This document shows positions 53,486 to 64,000 of a stretch of DNA of 64,000 nt, piece by piece. The stretch is from Lama glama (Eukaryota), in NCBI GenBank assembly GCA_028534125.1, contig CM052817.1, forward strand, positions 17,982,001 to 18,046,000, given 5' to 3'. The notes beneath the pieces were generated by a model that saw nothing but the letters and a program-made list of their open reading frames with translations, made no database searches and was not told the origin of the DNA. Each line of letters starts with the position of its first letter. The first letter of the stretch is position 1. A program made the translations under genes and the position numbers.

Positions 53486-56400
53486 GTAAGTTGGGCTTTA
53501 AAACATTCACTGTTTTTATTACACTTTAGAAAATTAAACACGAAGATCACACTTTATATCACATCACCCACACACTTAACAATATTATTGTGAATATTTT
53601 TAAACATTGAGTTTGGTATTTGTTTATATGTCCAATTAAAATGACTTTTAAATAAAGGATCATCATCATTGTTCAGGTGATGATTGCTTGTCAAATTAGA
53701 ATTGAACATACTATGAAAATGGTTCTGTGGTTTACCATTTTCTAACTCGGTGGAAACTAGAGATACACATTGATATTTACTTCTAATAGATGTAAAATGA
53801 GATTGCTTGAATTCCTGAACTAATTCTCATGTCTTTAAAAAAAAATAATAGGTCAGAAAGAATACAGAGGGAGGGGCAACACTGAATGTGAGTTTGTGGT
53901 TTCTCCAGACTGGCTGGTGTGCACAGCCACAGTTACACTGAAGCACACATGAAAAACACGTGCAGGCTAGAGAGCCCTGAGCACCTTTCTGGCCTCCCGT
54001 GTCACTGGATGACGAATGCAGGAAGCTTAACGAAGATTAACAGGTGGAAGAACACCCTCCACCTTAATGCCACTTAATTTGTACGTTTTCATGCATTACA
54101 TGTGAACTTGTTGAAGACTGTTGTCCCAACGATTCCTACTCCCCCGCCTTTAAACTAAATGGAAATACTTTAATGCTTACTTTTGTGAAAGAATCAGCCA
54201 TAAATTAACACTTTTCTTTGTAAAAAACCCCTCAGGGTGTTCAACATCAGAGAATCAGGGTGATGACATAATATAAACCTTTTAAAACCAGCATAGCAAT
54301 GAAAGCCAAAAGGATTCAGAGTGCCTGGGATTTCTGCATTATGCTGCTCTGGGCGGTGTTGGTCATGGGCTTGAATTATAGGTCCCTTTGCTTAATTTCA
54401 TGAGCAACCAAAATTTCATAACATCATACATAACGTTATATTGAAGTTCAAGCATGTTTCTCTTTTATAAATGTGTGAGGAATTTAAAATAGAAAAGGTT
54501 AAAAAAACAAGGTTAAGAATATAAATGTTTATCTCTAATAATAAAAATGTTAGCCCTTTTATATCTTTTATTTTAGTAATTCCAATTGCAAGGATTTTTT
54601 AAGTAAATCGTTTTTAAAAGGTATACTTGAGTGATGTGGAGGACAGTTAATGATGTCAGGAAATTTTAAATCTAACAAGTCTCAGGGTACAAATTACATC
54701 ATTGACTCCTGCCTATTCACATTTCTGGACATTTGAAAAAGGTTAAGGTTTATACACTCGAGGGGAAAATGTTCACTAAGGAAATAGATGATGCCAAATA
54801 TTTGATTTTGAGAGTTTATTTATACTATTTTAGAAAAATATGTTAAGTATCCACAAGCACTGAAGATCTGCACCACTTGCTTAGAACCAGTATATTAGAA
54901 TAATCACAAATCATCCCTAGGAACTGGAGATAGTACTTGGACATTTTAGATTTGGTGACTGTATTTGTTTAAAATTATAATACTTATCTCTTTTAAAAAT
55001 TTATTCAAAACTTTTCTCTAATTTAAACTGGGCTTCCTTCCTCTCTCCTACTTAATGGAGATTAATGAAAGTTTTATTGTTGGTATAGTATATTATTATT
55101 TCATAAATAAATTCCTTTAGTGCAGTATTTAATTAGTTAAAAAGATAATGATCTAATTCATTTTTATGGAAGAACTAAATACGGAAAGATGCTTAAAAAA
55201 GAAAACAAAGTCATGTAGAAGATATTTTTACATACTATATGTAATGGCCTAAAGCTTTTCCATTTCATAGCTATATAAGGGAATTCAACGTAAACAAATG
55301 TAGCTTCTTGAATAACAGCTGATTGTAAAGTTTTCTGTATTATATATGTTTGTAGAAAAGTGCTGATTTAAAAATTCTCTTTCATTCCTTCACTGGAAAT
55401 GATCATTAATGATTACTGAACCTTTCCAGTCTTTAGATTCAGATTACAGTTTTTACATATCAGTAACTTAAGAAGTTGGAGGAAAAATATGCGTCATTAG
55501 AAAAAGTAAATAAATTCCAAACTTTCACTTTGAATCTGCAATAATACCATGTATTTGCGCCACGTTGCTTTTTCTTAGGTTGTTGCAATTAGAACATGAG
55601 TTTTTTTTTAATTTATAGAATACTTCAATTTGGTCTATTTTAATAAGTGGTAAATTATTTTGAAAATAAAATTAATTTTGAAGTGAAAAGATATAGCTGT
55701 CAGTTTTTAAATATATGTATAATATAAAGTTTTTTCCTATAATATATAGAAGAAGTTATTTTTGTATGTATTTAGATATTTACCCCAAAATTGGTTTGTC
55801 TGTCTTTTGCCCCTCAGAAAAAGTGAAATTTCTCAGTTGTAATGCTAGTTTCTGGTGATTTATTCATCAGTAATACTGTGCACCAAAATTTATCCCAGAT
55901 AATTGAACTTTTGTTTTGTCAGATTTAAATTTTTTTTTTTATCATTTTTTCCTTTCACACTGTCAAAGAGAAATGAGCTGAGTTGGCTCACTGGTTTTCT
56001 TTCTTAATGCCCACTGCCCTCGGGGCATCACCTGCGGACTGTAGAACCCAAAACCTTCTTACCTGTCTGATTTGTATCTCAGATGAAATTACCCAATAAG
56101 TAAGACGCTTTTATTAAAATTAATATTTAGATAATAAACTTGTATATGTCTGCATTGTAAGTGTATTTATGCTGCCTCAAATTCTTGAGTCTTGAAAAGA
56201 TAAAAAGCATAACCGCATCTGTCTGTGCAAAATAATCACACTGTCAGGTTCCCATTTGATTTTAAAATTTGACTTTGTGACGTTCAGCTGTGAGCTTTCT
56301 GATTGAGTTGACCCACCCGTGCTTAGAGCTGCCATGAACTGGGTTCAAAAGAAAACAATTCAAATTCATTAGAGAAATAAGTTCTTAGAGCTGTTTTATT

Positions 56401-56968
56401 TTGAGCCTGTGAAAACTGTCTAGATACATTTTGAGACATGGCAGTATAGAACAATAACCTAAAGTGTTGATCAAAATGTTAATTTTCAAATTCAATTAGT
56501 TGAGGACCATCATTCTAAAAGCTAGTCGTAAATCATCTTATATTTTACTTACTTAACTTCCAAAATTTAAGAAAATTTGAAAGATCCTTTGTGGGACAGA
56601 GTAAAAATGAACTGCCTGATTGTCAATTTCTTATCACTTCACTTAACAAAAAAAGAGAGATTTGGCATTATGTGGTTTTTAAAAGTTACTTAGAATTTTT
56701 AATATCACTGTATAACTCCATTTTGTCACCCTTATTCTTCTGTTGAGATTATAATAGTTTATAATTTACTCCTTTCTAATTTTTAATGACTCAACGTTTT
56801 ACATGTGCATATATTCCCTTTTCAGTATGAAAAAAATATATATATGATTTTAAACTTGTCTATGAATGAATATTATAACTATAAAATATTTCTTTCACAT
56901 TTTGTGAGCTTATTTTTAAAATGCTCATAGTTCTGCAATAATATCAATTAATTTGTTTGTTCTTTCAG

Positions 56969-57078
56969 TTGCACCACTTTGTTTTCTATACCATGAACCT
57001 TCCAAACTGTATCAGATATTCCGTGAGATGTATGTGCGTTTTTTCTTCAGACTTCATTCCATCTCTTCTCATCCTTCT
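56969..57078 (+). CDS. TBC1D19: TBC1D19 internal coding exon (110 nt): (V)APLCFLYHEPSKLYQIFREMYVRFFFRLHSISSHPS
   Basis: tctttcag acceptor and TCT|gtaagt donor; matches recalled protein. Confidence 0.96.
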
Positions 57079-57349
57079 GTAAGTTCATAAAAAATTGGAT
57101 CAAACTAGACTCTAATCTGTTCTTTCTTTCCTTAAGAAAAACAAATCTTAATTTGTGATGTCAAGCAACACTTTGCTTATAGAATAAATGAAAGAGAAGA
57201 AGAAATTGGTATTTTAATAGTTTTGGTAATAATTAGAGAGGAAACAGTCCTTTATCAGTAGCATCTAAATCAATTGCATTTATATGTTGAAAGACAAAAC
57301 ATAGCAAAGTCTGTGTTATTTTCTCTGACAAAGGTGCCTGCCTGCCTTG

Positions 57350-57510
57350 AATGCTGGTTTCCTCAGCTATGACATGGGGTTGATAATTAGTTTCGGCAGT
57401 GCTGTGGAGAAGTGTACAGAGCACTTGGGTAGTACCTGGCTCATGGCAGGTGTTCGGTAAATAAATAAATAAATAAATTGTTGTTGTTATGGTTTTCATC
57501 ATCATCATCT
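57350..57510 (+). mobile_element. MIR 3' fragment
   Basis: ggtttcctcagctatgacatggggttgataat...gtacctggctcatggcaggtgttcggtaaat. Confidence 0.65.
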
Positions 57511-59246
57511 TTCTTCGTTAATGAAAAGTAAACATTTGTTTGTCGGTTATTTTTCAGTATCGTATTTGGCTAATTACCAGTTGTCAAACTAGATGTTTTC
57601 TTTGTGTTTGTTCAGTAGATGGCTCCTTGGCCTTAACATGAAATTCAAGAAGCATACTGGGAGGTGAACATTTGCATCTGTTTTATTCTGGCTAGTCCTT
57701 TATCATATCCTTCCCTCACCCCCACTGAAGCCTGCATTAAAACAGTGTTTATATCAGTTATACTTTTTCTGTCTTTGAATCTGCTTTGCTCTGCTTGTTG
57801 GTAACCAGACTGACTCTCCAGAAGAAATATTAAAAATTAGAATATGTCAGGGCTACCAAGTTTCCCAAAAGAAGAAACTGTCACCGCTACTAAACTAAGT
57901 AGCTGTTCGTTATCCCCTCATTTGAATCCTATGTATTCCTGTTCCACCTTCCTGTCTCCAGTGTTGTTCTCATACGTTGCCAGTGAAAGCTGGCAAATAA
58001 CAGAGACCCAGGACGTCACAGATGAGCAAATGAAGTACCAGCAGTCATCCTGGGTTTCTTCTCTCTGAGACAACTTGATTTAGTGCCTATCTTACATTAA
58101 CATTTAATCTAGAATAACCAGAAGTATATTAATAATTCTCTTTTCTAATAACTCATTCTTAGCCACCAGATTTCTTGCTCTCATATTCTGTACTAGCTTA
58201 TACTTCAGAGTTTTTAAAAAATTTTTTAACTGGCTGCCCATTACATACCCTAGTGTTCCCCTATGCAGACCACTGAAGCTTGCCACTGAGCAACTCTGAA
58301 TATTCATTCTCTATCTCCACGCTGACCTGAAGGTGTCCTTTTTCAGCTAATTGATTGAGACAGCCCTGCCTCTGCCCTTCTTTATTCAGTGAAATAAAGA
58401 TTTCCAGGCAGTCATCTCCTTTTCTGGCCTGCAGCCAGACTGAACTATTTGGTACCATGACAGCCTTATTTCTTTAGAAACTCAAAAAGAGGATTAAAAC
58501 TTCCTTACAGAGATCAACCCTAAGGAATGCTGAGCTGCAAGAAAGACTTTATTCAGAGTTGTCAAGTAATAAATGCACTTGAAAAAACCATCTGCTTGTA
58601 CTCTACAAATAATGCCCTTTTAAACAAGTAGATTTCAGTTAAAAAAATTATCCTTATATAAGTAATCAAACATTCGTGTTTGATAACTTCCTGACGCAAA
58701 TGTCAAGCATTCAGCAATCAGTCGTTCCCTGGGGATGTATTTCAATGAAAGAGTGAAAAAAAGCAGGAAATATTTTCCCTGATGGGTGAGGCAGCTGGAA
58801 GGGAAGGGACACGTGGAGGGAGAAAGTAAGGGTGTGGCTGTAGCACCAGAGAAATACCTGGAAACTGGAATGCTTCCAGAAAAAACTAATTTTGCTAGGC
58901 CTAAGTGAGAATACATGGCTTACAAAGTAGCAGGTTTTCTGTTAAATGGTGTTTTCCTTGAACTTTGAACATTGCTACATGCCAGGTTATGTGGGGAGCC
59001 CTACTGTTGTCAAAAAGGAGGCTCCCTAGCGTGTCTTTAAGAGTGAGGATCCACAAAGGGGGATAAAACTTACATTTGAACAGTGTTAGGGAACTCTAGT
59101 GCATTTACTATTTTTGGCTCTTAAACAATATAAAAAATATTTACATTGATAATCTTTTTCTCATTTCCAATTAAATAATTTGTCAGCAGAGTTCATATTG
59201 AAATACTAAATTATGCATTTCTCTTGTGATTTATTATTGTATCCAG

Positions 59247-59338
59247 GGTATTGTGTCACTCTGTCTGCTGTTTGAAACTCTTCTTCAAACTTACCTCCCC
59301 CAGCTCTTTTATCATCTACGAGAAATTGGGGCTCAACC
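59247..59338 (+). CDS. TBC1D19: TBC1D19 internal coding exon (92 nt): GIVSLCLLFETLLQTYLPQLFYHLREIGAQ(P)
   Basis: atccag acceptor and ACC|gtgagt donor; TBC C-terminal LLxxxxPxLxxHL motif. Confidence 0.96.
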
Positions 59339-60076
59339 GTGAGTATTTTTCTCTACTAGTTGAAGAATAAATTGATATCAGTAGGCTTTTTTTTTATCAT
59401 CAAAGATGCAGTAATTTTTCAGAGAAATTAAACTAACAGTTTCCCCAATAAAACAATAATTATCAAGTAGTAAATTGTAACTCGACATTGTGCCAAAAAA
59501 TTCTTTGAAGACTTACCAAAATCCTAATAAATTCTTATTTGCTAGGATTTTTGCGCTTGGTACAAGAATCAGCAAAAGAACTAATTTCTATTCATAATGA
59601 AAGGCGTTGGCCCGAACTGAGGTAACAATTTGTGGCAACAAATACTACCTAAGAAATGTGACAATACTAAAATTAAGTCGATGTAGGCTAAGTTTATCAG
59701 AGAACAACTTATGAAAGCCAGATAGGTTTAAGTTTGCTGTCTTTCATTAAAAGAAACTAGGTCAATTATCTCATTGTGATTTTCCTTCCAAAAGCTTACA
59801 TATTTGTTCATTTATCTCAGTATGAGTTATCAGTGAATATGTAGGTTGTCTGTGGACTTCATTGTTATTGATTCTCTTCTCTCTTTAACAATGTCTAAGG
59901 CAACAGAAATTTCCTAATGATTTATCAATGTTTTGTTACTGTCTTCCTCTCTGTGTAACAATTTTCTCCTCTATAAGAGCGTATTTGAAAGGAACATTAA
60001 CTCTTTGCAACCACAAAGGAGTTAACGGGAAATAGAACAGTTCAGTATTTGTCTTCTCCATGCTTGAATCCACAGC

Positions 60077-60132
60077 AGATGGATGGATAGATGGATGGAT
60101 GAATGGATGGATGGATGGATGAATGGGTGGAT
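60077..60132 (+). repeat. Imperfect (GGAT)n tetranucleotide repeat
   Basis: Direct reading. Confidence 0.9.
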
Positions 60133-60294
60133 TTAACAGACAGACCCAGACTCAAATTCTCTATTAAACTATATAATCCTGGGAAAGATATTTAATTTAT
60201 CTAAGCTTCAGTTTCTTTCTTGATTTAAATCAAGATAATTCAATTCCTTCATCTTTAAAATCAAGAGAATTCCTACCTCATGGAGTTATTTGAA

Positions 60295-60296
<2 letters not shown>

Positions 60297-60338
<42 letters not shown>
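60297..60338 (+). repeat. (AT)21 microsatellite within a MIR fragment (about 60140-60370)
   Basis: Direct reading. Confidence 0.95.
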
Positions 60339-60340
<2 letters not shown>

Positions 60341-60869
60341 CGTTATGTAAAGCACCATCAATTTTCCGACATCTTAGATCTCAAAAATGCCATTTATAAA
60401 ATAACACCTTATATCATTCTTTGATATTACCTAGCTGACACGCTTTCTTTTGTAGCCATTAAAAAATAGGGTTCTGTTAATGACTAACATTATGAAATAT
60501 AATATTATGGCAGAGATATTTTATATTATACACAAGTCTTTTCTTCCTTAAACTTGTGGTAAACTGACCTCTTTTTTTTTTTTTGCTATTGTGAAATGAA
60601 TATTTGAATGTACTATTTTCCTTTACTAGGTGAAGACATGTAGTTTATTGCTAGAAACTAAAATCCTGATTTTTTTTCTTAGACTATTTATATAATGAAT
60701 AAATTTAATCATTAAAAGGAACAAATTTATTTCAGTGACTTATGAATTAAAATTCTTATGCAGGAGAAAATATAAAAATTCAGTTGTCAGGCTAGAAATC
60801 AATTATTAAAATGTTTTCATGAATTAAAGCTGATGCTATTGGAAGGTTTTTAATTTAGAATTTAATTTT

Positions 60870-63305
60870 TTTAAATAGGATATAAGGACTGTTCAGGTTA
60901 TTTTTTTCTTCTTGAGTACTTTGTGAATTTTAGCTAAGTTATAGTATTTACAGACATAAAGTTATTCCTAATATCCCCTAATTATTCTTAATTAGCCTTC
61001 TAATATCTGTAGAATCAGAGTGACATCACCTCTCTCACTCCTGAGATTAGTATTTGCGTCTTGTCTCTCTTGATTATTCTGGCTAGAGGTTTATTAATTT
61101 TATTCTTCTTTGAAAGAATCAGTTTTTGGTTTCATTGATTTTCTGTTTTTCTATTTTCAATTTCATTGATTTATAAGCTCTTCGGTTTGTTATTTCTTCC
61201 TGTATTCTTGCTTTGATTTTATTTTGCTTATCTTTCTACTTGTTTAAGGTGAAATTTTGATCATTAATTTGACACATTTCTTCTTTTCCAATATAAGCAA
61301 TAATGTTATAAATTGCCCACAAGGCATTGCTTTATCTCCACTTGACAAATTTTGATATGTTATGTTTTCATTTTCATTCAGTTCAAAATGTTTCTTAATT
61401 TCTCTCATGACTTCCTCTTTGACCATAGGTTACATAGAAGTGTGTTGTTTAATTTCCAAATATTTCAGAAGGTATGATACCTTCCTGTTATTGATTCCTG
61501 TTTTAATTATGTTACAGTTAGACAACATGCTTCATAAGATTTCAGTTCTTTTAAATAGTTGCGGTTTCTTTTATGACCCAGACTATGATCTGTCTTGGTG
61601 AATCTTTCATCTATACTTGAGAAGAATTCATATTCTGCTGGTGTTGAGTAGGATGTTATATAAGTGATAATGAAGTCACACTTGTTGACAATGTTCGAGA
61701 CTTCTATATACTTACTAATTTTCTATCTACTTTTTCTACTGATTCTTGAGAAAGAATTGTTCGAGTCTCCATTTAAAATTATGAATTTGTCAGTTTCTTC
61801 CTTCATTGCTATATATATTTTTTCTTAATGTATTTGAAGTTGTTTTTAGGAGAATTGATCTTTTTATCATCATGTAATATCTTTTCCTAGTAATAAATCT
61901 ACTATTTCTGATATAATCATTCAAGCTTTCTTTTTATTATGATTTGTGTACAGTATTCTTTTCTATCCTTTTACTTTTAATATATTGATCAATGTCTTTA
62001 CTTTTAGGTGACTTTCTTGTCAAAAATATGGGTCTTCCAATGTGACAGTTTCTTTTTTAATCAGTGTGTTTATTCTATTTACATTTAATGTAATTGATTA
62101 CTGAATTACAGTGATATCAATTAACATTATGTCCTATCTTGATAGACATTTTGTGTATGTTCCTTGTGCTCTTTGTTTTTTTCCCTCTTTTCCTGCCTAC
62201 TTTTGATTTTTTTTAGTCCCTTTTATCTTCAGTATTGGATTATTATTTATAAATATTTTTTGATAGATACCTGTCTTAGTTCAGTCTGCTACAACAAATT
62301 ATCATAAATTGACTGTCTTATAAACAACAGAGATTTATTTCTCACAGTTCTGTAGACTGTAAGTCTAAGATCAGGTTGCTAGTATGGTCGAGTTCCAGTG
62401 AGGACCATCTAAGTTGCAGACTGCTGACTTCTCACTGTATCCTCACATGATGGAGAGCAGAGAGGGAAAACAAGCCCTCTCATGACTTATGAGGTCACTA
62501 ATCCCAATCATGAGAACCCACCTTCATAGCTTTAATCCTAATTAACTTCCAAAGGCCACACCACTTTCCTAATACCGTCACATCGGGGGGTCTAGTTTGA
62601 ACATATGAATTAGGGGGAGAGGGCATAAGCATTCAGTATATAACAGTGCCCCAGGGCTTTTAATACACATCTGTAATTAATCACATTCTATTTTCATATA
62701 AACTCCAGGCCTGGAGGGCTTCATGGGCAAATTCTACCAAACATTTCAGGAATAAATAATATCAATCATTTTTCCTCTGGCTGCTAACAGGATCTTTAGT
62801 TGTCAGCAGTTTGTTATGATGTATCTGGGCATGGATTTCTTGGGTTTATCCTTTTGGGGGTTTGCTGAACTTCTTGAATCTGAGGCTTACTTCTTTTGCC
62901 AAATTTAGGAAATTTTCAACCATTATTTCATCAAATATTTTTTTCTGTACCACACTTATTCTCCTTTTCTTCTGGAATTCCAGTGACAAAAATGTTAAAA
63001 CTTTCAATCTTATCCCATGGGTGTCTGAAGCTCTGTTCATTTTGTTTTCAATCCTTTTTACGCTATAGTTCAGACTAGATAGTTTCTGTTGATTTATATT
63101 CAAATTCACTGGCTCTCTCATTGGTTATTTTCATTTTGCTATTGGATCCATCCGGTGAGGGTTTTTGTTGTTGTTACTGTTTTGTTGTTTTTGTATTTTC
63201 CAGTTCTAAACTTCCCATTTGGTTCTTAACAAAACTCAGAACTGTGCATTATAAAAACAAATTCTACTATACATAAATTATACCTCAATAAACTTTATTT
63301 CTAAG
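60870..63305 (-). mobile_element. Old L1M fragments (ORF2, then ORF1), interrupted by an LTR and short plus-strand pieces
   Basis: Minus ORFs VKEEVMREIKKHFELNENENITYQNL (ORF2-like) and KKIFDEIMVENFLNLAK (ORF1-like). Confidence 0.85.
62272..62645 (-). mobile_element. MaLR solo LTR (MLT1A-like) nested in L1
   Basis: tgtcttagttcagtctgct...atttatttctcacagttctg...aacatatgaatt...cattcagtatataaca. Confidence 0.88.
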
Positions 63306-64000
63306 AAACTAATTCTGTGCTACATATACTAGGGAGCAGGGAGGCATGACATGTGGTGAGACACTATGCGAGATCCAGTAAAATGAAACTAGTTGAAGTT
63401 AATAATTTAGACTTGAAAGTTAGTGAATTTTTAAAATTTAAAATATCCGGTGACCAAAACTTTCTTTGGCGTCTATAAAAAGATATTCCAAAACCAACCA
63501 AAAAGCTTGACTTATCAGTACTACTGCTTACATGTGTCTTGTTATATTAGAACAATAGTTATCTAGTGTTGAGGAATTTCTGAAAGTTGGGGGTCTTTCT
63601 CAATCTTAAGAGAATTAATTTGACACCAGCAAAGGCAACCTCTGGATCCCATTCTCTCTGTTAAGAAAAAAGCAGTTATTTATCTATATAATATGATAAC
63701 AATTTTAACAAAGAGTTTGGCTAGTACCTCTCAGGGCAGTCAAGTGATGTTTAGTTGCTGATAGATAGCACAGAAATGTGAGGGGCTATTTTATCTCTTT
63801 AGGCACCAAAGCTAAAGAGTTTATTTCTTGTTTCCAGAGATAAATTGTTATTGTAAATTTACCTACTTATAAAAACAGTGAGATCTCATACTTCTTAGGA
63901 TTTTGGGGGGGGACAAAATAGAATTTAATTGAATTTTCTGGTTGATCTTTTAGAGTTCTGATAACCTACTTTTCAAAACAAAAGGTTTGAGATCAGAAAT

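Noticed and set aside
1..64000. CRISPR arrays, operons or a novel multi-gene system
   Set aside because: No regularly spaced repeat-spacer array or gene cluster; the sequence is largely accounted for by one spliced mammalian gene plus ordinary repeats

Overview
AT-rich mammalian genomic DNA, most likely from a camelid, based on a Vic-1-type tRNA-derived SINE at 16.7 kb. It has two 500-N scaffold gaps (3517-4016 and 29408-29907). The window lies inside TBC1D19 on the + strand. Nine consecutive internal coding exons (10727-59338) can be read directly. All have AG/GT boundaries and splice phase-consistently into one open frame: ELFENEHVRIGQK-VLAEQD...QPE-DILYY...LIYK-DVKLT...YLYQ-VLLCF...YIRG-KLGLE...PPNG-VIPFHGFSMY-VAPLC...SHPS-GIVSL...GAQP. 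I could not find the flanking exons in the window. The rest is intron filled with L1/HAL1, L2, L3/CR1, MIR, MaLR/ERV LTRs, hAT and Tigger relics, and microsatellites. I found no evidence of a novel multi-gene system. The best leads are modest: a CTCF-like motif in a CpG-retaining patch beside a weak-donor exon, a Tigger transposase fossil still attached to a MER2-like end, an inverted pair of young L1 3' ends around a gap, and loss of both canonical TBC catalytic residues. Gene identity and repeat family names come from recalled sequences, not database searches, and repeat boundaries are approximate.
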